Source: Thermoanaerobaculia bacterium (GTDB lineage Bacteria; Acidobacteriota; Thermoanaerobaculia; Multivoradales; JAHEKO01). From it: 64,000 bases of DNA. Position 1 is the stretch's first letter, and every line of letters begins with the position of its first letter. The position numbers were made by a program, and so were the translations under genes. The DNA is taken from positions 354 through 64,353 of the forward strand of contig JBAUDS010000369.1 of the NCBI GenBank assembly GCA_049678185.1, in the 5' to 3' direction. Below the pieces are notes generated by a model. It had not been told where the DNA came from and made no database searches. It saw only the letters and a list, made by a program, of their open reading frames with translations. Below are positions 9,724 through 19,482 of this stretch, piece by piece.

Positions 9724-10503
9724 ATGCCGCTCAGCGGACAGAGACTTCTCACCATCACGACTGCTCTCATCGCTTGCGTTGCGCTTGGCTGCGGCACGGT
9801 CCCGGTGAGCGCCGACTCCACCCCTCTGCCCCTCCAGATCCCCAGGGACCGACCCCTGCGTGCCGGATTCTTGATCGTCGACGGGGTCTACAACACCGAG
9901 CTGACGGCTCCCTACGACGTCTTTCAGCACACCAGTGCACATTTGGGCGCGGGGTCCGGCATCGAAGTTTTTACCGTCTCACCGGATGGAGGCGAGGTGA
10001 CCACCGCCGAGGGACTTCGGATCGTCCCGCACTACAGCTTCGAGACCGCTCCCCCGATCGATATTCTCGTTGTGCCTAGCGGCGAGCACAGCCGGGACGC
10101 CGACAGACAGAACCGGGACCTCATCCAATGGGTGAGCAAGACCGGCGCGCAGGCACACTTTGTCGTCTCCCTGTGTTGGGGAGCCTTTATCTTGGCCGAG
10201 GCCGGACTACTGGACGGCCACTCGTGCACCACCTTCCCCGGTGACTACCGACCCTTCGCCGAGGCCTTTCCCGACCTGGATCTCCGCATCAACGTCACTT
10301 TTGTCCACGACGGCCGCGTGCTGACCTCCGAGGGAGGCGCCCACAGCTACGACGTGGCCATGTACCTGGTGGATCTGCTGTTTGGAGAAGAAGTCGCGAA
10401 GGGGATCGGTCAGGGGTTGCTGATCCCGTGGCCTCCCACCGGCGGTGTACGGCCCGCCTACGTCACCGATCCTGGCATGTCTCTCAAAAGATCGACCGAG
10501 TGA
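9724..10503 (+). CDS. DJ-1/PfpI family protein (class I glutamine amidotransferase-like fold), probably a lipoprotein.
   Basis: Signal peptide with lipobox-like LIACVALGCG. DJ-1/PfpI core (ILVVPSGE...HFVVSLCWGAFILAEAGLLDGHSCTTFP) with the nucleophile-elbow Cys (SLCWGA). Confidence 0.8.
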   Translation: MPLSGQRLLTITTALIACVALGCGTVPVSADSTPLPLQIPRDRPLRAGFLIVDGVYNTELTAPYDVFQHTSAHLGAGSGIEVFTVSPDGGEVTTAEGLRIVPHYSFETAPPIDILVVPSGEHSRDADRQNRDLIQWVSKTGAQAHFVVSLCWGAFILAEAGLLDGHSCTTFPGDYRPFAEAFPDLDLRINVTFVHDGRVLTSEGGAHSYDVAMYLVDLLFGEEVAKGIGQGLLIPWPPTGGVRPAYVTDPGMSLKRSTE

Positions 10504-10598
10504 TGACCGGATTCATCGCCGTCATGTTCATCCTCCCGGTCGCCATCGTCGTCGCGGCGATCGTCCTCGGTCGACGCGCCGGCTCATGGAAGAACTAG
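10503..10598 (+). CDS. Micro-ORF encoding a 31-aa single-TM peptide (MTGFIAVMFILPVAIVVAAIVLGRRAGSWKN). Possible small accessory subunit of the downstream symporter.
   Basis: Its ATG overlaps the DJ-1 stop by 1 nt (TGATG). Its TAG stop lies 10 nt inside the symporter start, in a different frame (ATG 10586). The peptide is a hydrophobic helix followed by a basic tail. Support is positional only. Confidence 0.35.
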   Translation: MTGFIAVMFILPVAIVVAAIVLGRRAGSWKN

Positions 10599-12103
10599 CC
10601 ACAACCGAGGTCGTGCTCGACAGCACGGCCTTGGTGAGTTTTGTCGCCTACCTGGTGGTAGTCGTGGCCATCGGCGTCTATGCCACCCGCTTCGCCTCTT
10701 CGGGACTCGGCGAGTTCTTCGTCGGCGGCCGCCAGATGAACCGCTTCGTCGTCGCCCTCTCGGCGGTGGTGTCCGGACGCAGTGCCTGGCTTCTTCTTGG
10801 TGTCACCGGCATGGCCTACCAGATCGGAGCCTCGGCCGTTTGGGCGGTGACCGGTTACATCGTCGCCGAGCTCCTGATGTTTCTCTACTATGCCGGTCGG
10901 CTGAGAAGGTTTAGCGAGGCCTACGATTGCATCACCATTCCCGACTTTTTCGCCGCTCGGTTCAACGACACATTCGGCGTGCTGCGCATACCGTTGGTGG
11001 CCATCATCCTGGTATTCATGGTGAGCTACGTCGCGGCTCAGTTCGTCGCCGGTGGTAAGGCTTTCACTGCGAGCTTTGGCCTCAGCAACACCAGCGGTCT
11101 TCTGCTGACGGCAGCCATCGTTCTCATCTACACGGTGCTGGGTGGCTTTCTCGCGGTCAGCCTCACCGACGTGCTCCAGGCCCTGTTCATGATCGTGGCT
11201 TTGGTGCTCCTGCCGCTGGTGGCTATCGTAAGTCGGGGTGGGCTGAGGGCCGTAATCGACCAGCTCGCGGCGCTCGACCCGACCATGATCGATCCGTTCA
11301 CCCTGTCGGCGGGTGCTCTTGTCGGCTTTCTCGGTATCGGCCTCGGCTCGCCGGGCAATCCCCACATTCTGGTGCGTTATATGTCGATTCGCGACCCCGA
11401 GCAGCTGCGCTTCTCGGCGGTGGTGGGAACGGTCTGGAACGTGGTGATGGCGTGGGGCGCTCTCTTTATCGGACTCGTGGGCCGGGTCTACTTTCCGATC
11501 CCCGATCTCCTCCCCGCGGGCGATGCCGAGAACCTCTACGTAGCCCTCGCCAGGCAGCAGCTCCACCCGATCCTCCTCGGACTGGTGATTGCGTCCATCT
11601 TTGCCGCCATCATGTCGACCGCCGACTCCCAGCTTCTGGTTGCCGCTTCGAGCATCGTCCGCGACCTCTATCAGAAGGTCTTTCGCCGCGGCCGGGAGTT
11701 GTCCTCTCGGCGGCTGGTGATCTACAGCCGGGTGGTGGTCGTTCTGCTGGTGCTCTTGGCGCTGCTCTTTGGATACCTGGCCCACGACCTGGTCTTCTGG
11801 CTGGTGCTCTTTGCCTGGGCGGGTCTCGGCGCCGCCATCGGTCCCACTTCCATTCTCGCGCTCTACTGGCGCCGGACCACCCGCGCGGGCGTCTTGGCAG
11901 GTCTTCTCGCCGCCACTGCCGTCACCTTCATCTGGCGAGCGGACGATAGTCTCAACGACTCGCTCTATGTGCTCATTCCGGGCTTCTTGGCAGCCTTTGT
12001 GGCGACCGTCGTGGTGAGCCTCGTCACAGAACCGCCGGACGACGCCGATGAGATGCTCGACAGGATGACCGACTCGGGCGAGGGAAAGCGACGCCCGGGG
12101 TGA
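10586..12103 (+). CDS. putP: Sodium:solute symporter family transporter, PutP-like Na+/proline symporter.
   Basis: 505 aa with about 13 TM segments. The SSS-family signature region (GRQMNRFVVALSAVVSGRSAWLLLGVTGMAYQIG) resembles PutP. Confidence 0.75.
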   Translation: MEELATTEVVLDSTALVSFVAYLVVVVAIGVYATRFASSGLGEFFVGGRQMNRFVVALSAVVSGRSAWLLLGVTGMAYQIGASAVWAVTGYIVAELLMFLYYAGRLRRFSEAYDCITIPDFFAARFNDTFGVLRIPLVAIILVFMVSYVAAQFVAGGKAFTASFGLSNTSGLLLTAAIVLIYTVLGGFLAVSLTDVLQALFMIVALVLLPLVAIVSRGGLRAVIDQLAALDPTMIDPFTLSAGALVGFLGIGLGSPGNPHILVRYMSIRDPEQLRFSAVVGTVWNVVMAWGALFIGLVGRVYFPIPDLLPAGDAENLYVALARQQLHPILLGLVIASIFAAIMSTADSQLLVAASSIVRDLYQKVFRRGRELSSRRLVIYSRVVVVLLVLLALLFGYLAHDLVFWLVLFAWAGLGAAIGPTSILALYWRRTTRAGVLAGLLAATAVTFIWRADDSLNDSLYVLIPGFLAAFVATVVVSLVTEPPDDADEMLDRMTDSGEGKRRPG

Positions 12104-12117
12104 TGGGAGACGGGCTA

Positions 12118-13872
12118 CTACCGTTTGGCGAAATAGACTTGCAGGCGTGAGCCCTGCGGCGTCATATCTCGGACATAGACATCGGCGCCGGTAAGGTCGG
12201 CGACAACGTGGAGAACGCTGCCTTGCGGCTCCTTGTGCAAACCCGTGCGAATACGGTCGATGTGCGAGGTTCCCACATCCAAGGCCGATTCGTCCGGAGC
12301 CCGAGTCACGCCATAGACTTTGATGATGACCCGGGCGTCGTCGCCCTCGATACGCGACAGCTCGACCTGCCCTCCAACAACCACGTCATCGGTCCACAGC
12401 ATGAGAAGAGTTTCACCACCCAACTCCTCCCAGGAGATGCGCTCGACACGCGACAGCTTGCTGACAACCGGTACCACTTCTCGCCTCTCCGTCGGTGCCG
12501 GCGCAACCGGCGGCGTCTCCGTCGCGGCCGTCGACGGAGAAGTCGAGTCGACCTGGGCTTCTTCGGCAGCTGACTCTTCAATCGGTGGCAGCGGCTCGAG
12601 CGGGGCAGAGACCTCCACCTCGGACTCGCCCTCGATAAAGGAGGCGACACTGGACGTCAACACCTCGACATACGGCTGGAGCAGACCCATGTAGTAGGCA
12701 TAGCCTGCGGCTCCCGCGAGGATCGCCACTACCAACAACAGGAACAACCCGCGTCCGGATCTCCGCTTCGTGCTGTGGGTTCCCAGCGACGGCTCCGACT
12801 CCGCCATTCCCATGTCGGTCTCGCCGACCGCTCCGGTCTCATCCGGCCACTTCAGGGCACCGGAAGCGACCACCAGCTCATCGGGCACGGGTACGTCGGC
12901 GAGCTCCTCGGTGAACCGGATTTCGGGGACACGGGGAACCGTTGGCGGCGGCTCGAAGCTGGTCGTCGGTGGCGGACTGATCGCAACCGGTTCCTCCCAC
13001 CGAACATCCTCGCTGTCCGTGGGAGCCACATCCATGCCGCCGATCTCCGGCAGCTCCACCCGTGGCGGCTCGGGCAGGGGCGGTTGTGACTCGACAGGCG
13101 GCAGATCCAGGATGGAGATTTCCGGCTCGGCGAACAAAGACTCGGCTGGAGGACCGGCGTCGAGGTCATCGGGCGGCGTGACCAGAGTCGGGGGGCTTAC
13201 CTCATCCACATTCTCAAAGCTCTGTTCCGGCAGTGACGTCGACGGCGGTGGGATCGCAACATCGTAAGGTGGTGTGACCAGGGTCGGGGGACTGGCCTCA
13301 TCCATATCCAACAAGCTCTGATCCGACGGCGGCACGGGTTCCGGTTCGGGTGGCCGTACTTCCTGACGCACGCTCGCTTCGATCTCTGCCAACTCGGGAA
13401 TCTCTTGCTCGAGACCCCCGGTGGCATCCGCTTCGATCTCCACCGGGGCCGCCTCGGTGACTGCGGGAGCCGGTTTTTCGAGAACAAACAGGGTCTCGCC
13501 CTGGCGGCGGTGGCTGTCGACGACCTTGGCCAGCAACCGCTGGCCGGGTTCATCGAGGTCCTGGAAGCGAATCGACATCCCCTCCGGCGACTGACCCGCC
13601 GCGAATTCGCGCACGGCCACTACCTCCGCCTCACCCTGCATGAGCTGAAAGCCGTCGGCAATCCTCAATACGAAGCTGAGTCTCGAGCCCGCGGCCTTGG
13701 GGGTCTGGACCTCGACAAACATGCCCTCCTCGGAGAGGGTCGAGACGCTCAGATTGATGAATTCCCTGAAGCTCGGGTACTCCACGACCAGCTGTCGGTC
13801 GCTGAGAGTCACTACTGGCGCGGCGTTCGAATCACCTGTGGCCATCGGGTTCTCGTTTACCTCTGTCGACAT
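12118..13872 (-). CDS. PilZ-domain membrane protein with a proline-rich tandem-repeat linker, one TM helix and a C-terminal AMIN-like domain.
   Basis: N-terminal PilZ-like fold (VVTLSDRQLVVEYP...NLSVSTLSEEGMFVEV...GMSIRFQDLDEPGQRLLAKVV). A Pro/Glu-rich region with near-identical repeats (EASPPTLVTPPYD / EVSPPTLVTPPDD). A TM segment (LFLLLVVAILAGAAGYAYYMGLL). A C-terminal beta-rich domain resembling AMIN (LLMLWTDDVVVGGQVELSRIEGDDARVIIKVYGV...VLHVVADLTGADVYV). Confidence 0.65.
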   Translation of the reverse strand: MSTEVNENPMATGDSNAAPVVTLSDRQLVVEYPSFREFINLSVSTLSEEGMFVEVQTPKAAGSRLSFVLRIADGFQLMQGEAEVVAVREFAAGQSPEGMSIRFQDLDEPGQRLLAKVVDSHRRQGETLFVLEKPAPAVTEAAPVEIEADATGGLEQEIPELAEIEASVRQEVRPPEPEPVPPSDQSLLDMDEASPPTLVTPPYDVAIPPPSTSLPEQSFENVDEVSPPTLVTPPDDLDAGPPAESLFAEPEISILDLPPVESQPPLPEPPRVELPEIGGMDVAPTDSEDVRWEEPVAISPPPTTSFEPPPTVPRVPEIRFTEELADVPVPDELVVASGALKWPDETGAVGETDMGMAESEPSLGTHSTKRRSGRGLFLLLVVAILAGAAGYAYYMGLLQPYVEVLTSSVASFIEGESEVEVSAPLEPLPPIEESAAEEAQVDSTSPSTAATETPPVAPAPTERREVVPVVSKLSRVERISWEELGGETLLMLWTDDVVVGGQVELSRIEGDDARVIIKVYGVTRAPDESALDVGTSHIDRIRTGLHKEPQGSVLHVVADLTGADVYVRDMTPQGSRLQVYFAKR

Positions 13873-13906
13873 ATCTCCAGCGAATTCTAGCAGCCTGACT
13901 CCTCAA

Positions 13907-14677
13907 TTACCCTCCCCTCACCAGCTCGACGAGGTCCTCGAGGGTTCGCAGCTTGCGATCGGTTGCCACAAAGAGTTGAGCCGCGAATAGAGCCGACGCG
14001 GCGTGAGCCGCCAGAAGGTCCAACAGATCGCGGTCCTCGGAAGTCAAGGACGACTTGTGTTCGAGCAGCTTCAGGATAACCAACGCTCCCATGGTCTTTC
14101 CTTTGATCGCGAGGGGGACCACCGCCAAGGCAAAGGAGCCCTCTTCGGTGATAGTTCGCAGGACACCATCGACGAGGGCCTCGTCGACCATCGGATCACC
14201 GCCCGTGTACTCCGGGCCGGCAAACAGCCCGTCGGCCACGCCTTCGGTTCGCCGCGAGACGGCCACCTCGTAGCCGTCGCTCTCACCACGCCGCAGCAGC
14301 AGGGCGAAGCTGTCGGCGCCAAGGAGCTCGATCGCGATCTCGCCGACCGTCCTCTTGACATCTTCGAGGTCGAGTGTCTCGTGCAGCTCACAGGTGGCAA
14401 CATAGAGACTCATCAACCGTCCGCGCTGGTGCTCGACCTCCACCATTCGATCGGTGGTCTCTTGCAGGTCGCTCTCCGCTTCGGCGAGGCGGCTTCTCAG
14501 CCGTTCGTTCTCGCCACTCACCCCACCCACCTCCTGCCCCACATCGGAGGTCTCCTCTGGCGACCTTGCTTGCACCTCGCGTATCAGTACTACCGCCTTG
14601 TCGATCACCGACTGGAGCTCCGCTACGAGCTCTTCCACCGAAAGGTCGCTGGCAACCCGATGCCGCTCTTCTGCCAA
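13907..14677 (-). CDS. GAF-domain protein with an N-terminal coiled coil.
   Basis: N-terminal heptad-like segment (ERLRSRLAEAESDLQETTDRMVEVEHQRGRL), then a GAF-like domain (LEDVKRTVGEIAIELLGADSFALLLRR...MGALVILKLLEHKSSLTSEDRDLLDLLAAHAASALFAA). TTG start at 14677 with an AGAGGA Shine-Dalgarno. Confidence 0.65.
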   Translation of the reverse strand: MAEERHRVASDLSVEELVAELQSVIDKAVVLIREVQARSPEETSDVGQEVGGVSGENERLRSRLAEAESDLQETTDRMVEVEHQRGRLMSLYVATCELHETLDLEDVKRTVGEIAIELLGADSFALLLRRGESDGYEVAVSRRTEGVADGLFAGPEYTGGDPMVDEALVDGVLRTITEEGSFALAVVPLAIKGKTMGALVILKLLEHKSSLTSEDRDLLDLLAAHAASALFAAQLFVATDRKLRTLEDLVELVRGG

Positions 14678-14690
14678 TTGCCCGATCCTC

Positions 14691-15068
14691 TTATTCAGAC
14701 GCCACGGGTTGAATCCGTTCGATGAGCTTCAGAATCTCTTCGTTGCGAAAGGGCTTCTTGATGTACGCAGCCGCACCGGCCTCGAGCCCTCGCACCGTGT
14801 CCTGATCTTTGCCTTCGGTGCTGACGATAATCACCGGCACTTCGTTGAAGGCCTCACTCCCCTTGACCTCATCGAGAAACTCGAAGCCATTCATACTTGG
14901 CATATTTATGTCCAGCAGGATGAGATCGATGTCCGGGTGCTCGTGAAGGCGCTCGAGACCCTCCCTGCCGTCCATCGCGTGCACCAGGGCATAGGATCGG
15001 AGCATCACCTCGAACATCTTGTGAATCAACTTCGAGTCGTCGACAACAAGCACTTTCTTTGGCTGCAC
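14691..15068 (-). CDS. CheY-like single-domain response regulator (receiver domain only).
   Basis: KKVLVVDDS...DLILLDINMPSMNGFEFL...VPVIIVSTEG...AAYIKKPF carries all the receiver hallmarks. The chosen GTG start at 15068 gives 125 aa and has an AGGAG Shine-Dalgarno 10 nt upstream. The ORF track extends it to an upstream ATG at 15176, which is also possible. Confidence 0.75.
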   Translation of the reverse strand: MQPKKVLVVDDSKLIHKMFEVMLRSYALVHAMDGREGLERLHEHPDIDLILLDINMPSMNGFEFLDEVKGSEAFNEVPVIIVSTEGKDQDTVRGLEAGAAAYIKKPFRNEEILKLIERIQPVASE

Positions 15069-15234
15069 TGGCCTCGAGCTCCTATCTGAAACGAATCGCT
15101 GATCCCCTGGGGCGCGGGAATGAGTTGTGGGCACCATTCCCACCCGAGCGTAGCCGATCCTGCGACCTGCGTACAATCTCCTCTTTCACAGCACCCTACG
15201 GCACGACCCGGCCTCCAACCAGTGGTCTAGTTCA

Positions 15235-15266
15235 TTGACAAAAAACGTCGTCAAGCATAGTTAATG
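15235..15266 (+). promoter_or_regulatory. Candidate sigma-70-type promoter for the che operon (TTGACA, then 17-19 nt, then a TAGTTAAT-like -10).
   Basis: An AT-richer island sits in the 250-bp divergent intergenic region. TTGACA at 15235-15240 and a TA-rich hexamer about 17-19 nt downstream lie roughly 55-85 nt upstream of the cheA start. Pattern match only. Confidence 0.2.
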
Positions 15267-15319
15267 ACAGGACTTTTTCTACATCTCCAAAAGGCTATCG
15301 ACCAGATCAAAAACCCGCA

Positions 15320-16900
15320 GTGAACGACCTCACCAAAGAGCTTCTCGAAGACTTCCGCCTCGAGTCTAGAGAACGAATAGATCGGGTCGAGGATGGACTC
15401 CTGACTCTGGCCGGCGCTGCCCATCCGGAGCGACAGCCGCTGGTGTTGAAGGTGCGTTTGGAGCTCCACACACTCAAGGGCAACTCGGGAATGATGGGGT
15501 TCGACGACCTGCAGGCTCTGGCTCACGAGCTCGAGGACGAGATCGATCGGATCGACCTCGATCAGCCGGATCTCGGGCCCTTTCTCACCGGGCTCGATCG
15601 CATGAGAACCCGCGTCGAGGAGCTGGCGGCACCAGGCCCTCATTCGGACGCGACCGATTCCACTGAAACCACGATCACTGCAACGGAGAGCGGACAATCG
15701 GTTCGCGACAGTGTACGCGTCCCTGCCGACAAGCTCGATTCACTGGTGGATGCGGTCGCCGAGTCGCTCATCGCCCGCAACCGACTGACCGCCAGCGTCG
15801 AGCTCGGGCTCGAGCTCGACGTCACCGACGACGACTACATCACGTCTTCTGTCCACACCTGGGGCCAGGTCCAGGAAGCTCTACACTCGCTGAGCAAAGA
15901 GCTCGAAGCCATACAGGAACAGACACTCCGGCTACGGATGGTTCCTTTGAGCACGCTCTTCGGCAAACTCAAGCGCCTCGTTCACGACGAGGCCCTCAAG
16001 TCCGGCAAGGAGGCGCGCCTTACCACCCAGGGGGGTGAGACGACTGTCGACAAGGCGCTGGCGGATTTTGCCGGGGATGCCCTGGGCCATCTGGTTCGCA
16101 ATGCAGTCCACCATGGCATCGAGACGCCGAAGAGTCGGCAGCGTTCCGGCAAGTCTCCTTGCGGCACCATCCACCTCGCCGCCGCGGTGGTCTCGGGGAT
16201 GGTAGAGATCGACCTGCTCGACGACGGCGCCGGCATCGATCACTCGGCCCTGCTCGCAGCCGCGCGCCGCCACGGTCTGGACGCAGGTGACGACGAGGAT
16301 CTCCGCTCACTCGTCTTCCAAACCGGAATCTCCACCCGGACCCAGACCGACCTGAGCGCTGGTCGGGGAGTTGGACTGGCTGCTGTCCGCAATGCCGCTC
16401 ATCTCCTGGGGGGATCGATCGATCTGGCAAGCGAGAAGGACCTCGGTACCCACTTCCGCCTCCGCCTCCCGACCCAAGCTTCGATTACCCAAGCACTCCT
16501 GGTGAGGGTCGACAGCGAAAGATACGCCCTGCCGGTGATGTCCGTCGTCGACACCCTGGCGCTTGCCGGAAGCTCGGACGGGCTTGCACCCAGTGCCGGG
16601 CAAATGGACTGGAGAGGGAGAGGTCTCGATCTACTCGATCTGGGACAGGGCTTTGGCACCTCGGAGAGCAGACGCCGGCACGGCCACGTCGTGGTAGTGG
16701 CGGCGGAAGGGAGCGAGCGCGGGCTGATCGTGGATGAAATCGAGGGCATCCACCAGATCGTCGTCAAGCAGCTCGATCGGCTCGTCGCCGGGGTACAGGG
16801 CATCTCCGGCTCGACGATTCTCGGCGACGGTCGCGTCGTCATGATCCTCGACGCCGCCGATCTCGCAACACTGCCTCTACCGGAAGCGCAGCCATCATGA
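15320..16900 (+). CDS. cheA: Chemotaxis histidine kinase CheA (P1-P3-P4-P5; no recognisable P2 domain).
   Basis: HPt domain with the phospho-His context (LHTLKGNSGMMGF). Dimerisation segment. HATPase_c (HLVRNAVHHGIE...DDGAGID...GRGVGLAAV). C-terminal CheW-like domain. GTG start. Confidence 0.9.
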   Translation: MNDLTKELLEDFRLESRERIDRVEDGLLTLAGAAHPERQPLVLKVRLELHTLKGNSGMMGFDDLQALAHELEDEIDRIDLDQPDLGPFLTGLDRMRTRVEELAAPGPHSDATDSTETTITATESGQSVRDSVRVPADKLDSLVDAVAESLIARNRLTASVELGLELDVTDDDYITSSVHTWGQVQEALHSLSKELEAIQEQTLRLRMVPLSTLFGKLKRLVHDEALKSGKEARLTTQGGETTVDKALADFAGDALGHLVRNAVHHGIETPKSRQRSGKSPCGTIHLAAAVVSGMVEIDLLDDGAGIDHSALLAAARRHGLDAGDDEDLRSLVFQTGISTRTQTDLSAGRGVGLAAVRNAAHLLGGSIDLASEKDLGTHFRLRLPTQASITQALLVRVDSERYALPVMSVVDTLALAGSSDGLAPSAGQMDWRGRGLDLLDLGQGFGTSESRRRHGHVVVVAAEGSERGLIVDEIEGIHQIVVKQLDRLVAGVQGISGSTILGDGRVVMILDAADLATLPLPEAQPS

Positions 16901-17496
16901 GCAAACAATCCGGAGAGACCGAAAACGGGACGCAGGAGCTGCCGCAGTCCGGTCTCAAGGACGAGGTCCTGAACCGCGACGAGGATGATCGCCCTGGGCT
17001 CCTCTATCGTTTCGCCGACAGTCTGCGTAGCGGCGACGAGGAACAAGAAAAACCGGAAGAACCCGAGATCTGGCTGGTCTTTCGCCTCGGGGAGAGCTCC
17101 TTCGGTCTGCCGGTCGCCGATATACGGGAGGTCATGCGTGTCGGCGCCATCACCCGTGTGCCTCAGGCACCTTTTGCGGTTACGGGTGTCACCGACCTCC
17201 GTGGTCGCGTCATACCGATCGTCGATCTCGGAGCACGTTTCGACCTCGACCCCGTCGAGGTCGACGAGCAGAGTCGCATTGTCGTGCTCGATGCCGAAGG
17301 CCGACTGATCGGCCTTCTCGTGGACGCCGTCGATCGGGTAGGCCGCATCCTCCCCAGTCAGAAGGAAGACCCGGACCCGGGCGCCGACGGCCAGCCCGCC
17401 GCTGTTGTAGCTCTCTATTCGTGGGAAGACGAGCAGTTGAGGCTCCTCGACGTCGAGGAGCTGCTCTCGATCGACGAGACCCATGAAGGGCCCTAG
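16897..17496 (+). CDS. cheW: Chemotaxis coupling protein CheW.
   Basis: CheW domain (WLVFRLGESSFGLPVADIREVMRV...VIPIVDLGARF...RIVVLD...IGLLVDAV). Its ATG overlaps the cheA TGA by 4 nt. Confidence 0.85.
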   Translation: MSKQSGETENGTQELPQSGLKDEVLNRDEDDRPGLLYRFADSLRSGDEEQEKPEEPEIWLVFRLGESSFGLPVADIREVMRVGAITRVPQAPFAVTGVTDLRGRVIPIVDLGARFDLDPVEVDEQSRIVVLDAEGRLIGLLVDAVDRVGRILPSQKEDPDPGADGQPAAVVALYSWEDEQLRLLDVEELLSIDETHEGP

Positions 17497-17511
17497 TAGG
17501 GGATTGGACCG

Positions 17512-19467
17512 ATGCTCAAGAATCTGAAGTTCCGCCACAAGATGATTCTCCTACCGGTACTGGCCGGTATCGGATTCCTGCTCGTTCTCGCTCTTCTCGC
17601 CCGTAGCGCGCAGAAGAACGAGCTGTTCATGAAACGGATCGAGGCCGGGCACTTCGCCGCCTTGGAGCTCGCCCAGACCCTGACCGTCGACCTGGCCGTT
17701 CTCGAGCGGAGCTTCGAAGATGCTCTCGATTCGAACGACCCGAGCACCCTCGCACAAGCCGAAGAGCTGCGCGGCGTCTTTCTGCGCAATCTGCAGATCG
17801 GCGACGAGCTCGCGGTCCTCGACCCGGTAGGCCTGGAGAAACTGGAGACTGATTTCGAGAACTACTACGAGATCGCCCGCATCACCACGCTGCAAGCGAT
17901 GGATGCCGCCGTGGGTGCAGCTTCGCCTCCGGACTCGAGCCGCGGTGCTCAAGCCCATGAGAGCGTTCGGCACCAGATCGAGGCCCTGTCCGCCGAGCAG
18001 GCTCGCGAGATGCACCAGGCCTTTGCCTCGGTGCAGGAGAACATCAGGGCAACCAAGGTCGACATGACGGTTGTCATCGCCGTTTGGCTGGTGCTGCTCA
18101 TGTCCTTGGCGCTGGTGGTGATGTTTTCGGTGACGCGGCCGATGGAGCAGGCGGTGCGTGTGGCCGACCGTCTGGCGGAGGGCGACGTGGAAGTGGACAT
18201 CACGGTCGATTCCCGCGACGAAGCCGGTCTTCTCTTGCGCTCGATGAAGGACACGGTCAGCTACCTCCAGGAGATGGCCACGGTTGCCGACAGCATTGCC
18301 GAGGGAGATCTTGCGGTCGAGGTCGAGCCACATTCCGATCGCGATCGGCTGGGCAACTCCTTTCTCAAGATGTCCCACAACCTGCGCAAAATGATCGGCG
18401 ACCTCAAGGCGGCCTCCGACCAGGTCCTGACTTCCGGCAACGAGATCTCGACATCCGCCGTCGAGATTTCCCAGGGTGCCGAAAGTCAGTCCTCGGCCAC
18501 CGAAGAGACGTCTTCGACGATGGTGGAGATCGCCACCCAGATCGAAAGCGTCGCCAAATCGACACAGGCCCTGGCCACCAACGTCGAAGAGACCTCGTCC
18601 TCCATCCTGGAGATGGGTGCATCGATCGACGAGACCGCCAAGAACTCCGACAGCTTGATGACGGCGGTCGACGAGACCTCCGCCACCATCGAGGAGATGA
18701 TCGCTTCCATCCACTCCATCGCCGACAAGGTGAAGGTCGTAGACAAGGTCTCGCGCGAGGCCGCCGAGTTGGCGGAGAGCGGCGGCACCGAGCTCTCGGA
18801 GATCATCGAGGGCATCGGCACATCGAGCGCCGACATTGGCAAGATCGTCCAGATCATCGAGGAGATCGCCGACCAGACCAATCTGCTGGCTCTCAACGCC
18901 GCCATCGAGGCGGCGCGGGCCGGTGACGCCGGGCGTGGTTTCGCCGTCGTCGCCGAAGAGGTCAGGCGCCTGGCCGAGCGGTCGGTGGAGTCGAGCCGCG
19001 AAATCTCCGAGATGGTCGAGTCGGTCCAGAACGACACCCTTCAGGCTGTCGAGGTCACGCGCAAGATCCTCCGCCAGATCATCGACTCGGTGAGCGAGGC
19101 CACTGCCCTCGTCGGCGACGTCTCCCTGGCCACCCAGGAGCAGAGCGACGGAGCGGCACAGATCCTCGAAACTTCGAGCCATATGCAGGACACGACTCGA
19201 CAGCTGGCCTCCGCCGCCGCCGAGCAGGCTCGCAGCACCGGGGACATCCTGCGGGCGGTGGAGTCGATGAATCAGATGACCCAGCAGGTCGCCGAAGCCG
19301 GTTACGAGCAAAAACGAGGCGGCGACATCGTGGTGAAAGCGGTCGAGCACATCGCCGAGATCGCCAATCAGAATCTCGCCGCCAGCTCTCAGCTGTCGCA
19401 GGCGACCGTAAGTCTGACCAAAGAGGCCAAACGGCTGCAGCTGATGTCCAATATCTTCAAGCTCTGA
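17512..19467 (+). CDS. Methyl-accepting chemotaxis protein with two TM segments and HAMP domains.
   Basis: Two TM segments, HAMP linker(s) ([22 protein letters not shown]...; [20 protein letters not shown]), and the highly conserved MCP signalling domain ([36 protein letters not shown]). Confidence 0.9.
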   Translation: MLKNLKFRHKMILLPVLAGIGFLLVLALLARSAQKNELFMKRIEAGHFAALELAQTLTVDLAVLERSFEDALDSNDPSTLAQAEELRGVFLRNLQIGDELAVLDPVGLEKLETDFENYYEIARITTLQAMDAAVGAASPPDSSRGAQAHESVRHQIEALSAEQAREMHQAFASVQENIRATKVDMTVVIAVWLVLLMSLALVVMFSVTRPMEQAVRVADRLAEGDVEVDITVDSRDEAGLLLRSMKDTVSYLQEMATVADSIAEGDLAVEVEPHSDRDRLGNSFLKMSHNLRKMIGDLKAASDQVLTSGNEISTSAVEISQGAESQSSATEETSSTMVEIATQIESVAKSTQALATNVEETSSSILEMGASIDETAKNSDSLMTAVDETSATIEEMIASIHSIADKVKVVDKVSREAAELAESGGTELSEIIEGIGTSSADIGKIVQIIEEIADQTNLLALNAAIEAARAGDAGRGFAVVAEEVRRLAERSVESSREISEMVESVQNDTLQAVEVTRKILRQIIDSVSEATALVGDVSLATQEQSDGAAQILETSSHMQDTTRQLASAAAEQARSTGDILRAVESMNQMTQQVAEAGYEQKRGGDIVVKAVEHIAEIANQNLAASSQLSQATVSLTKEAKRLQLMSNIFKL

Positions 19468-19482
19468 GGAAGGGATGGCTCG

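Noticed and set aside
10595-11785. 396-aa minus-strand ORF antisense to the symporter.
   Set aside because: It is His/Arg/Gly/Asp-rich and low-complexity, with no domain and no Shine-Dalgarno. This is a typical shadow ORF in high-GC DNA opposite a strongly supported membrane transporter.
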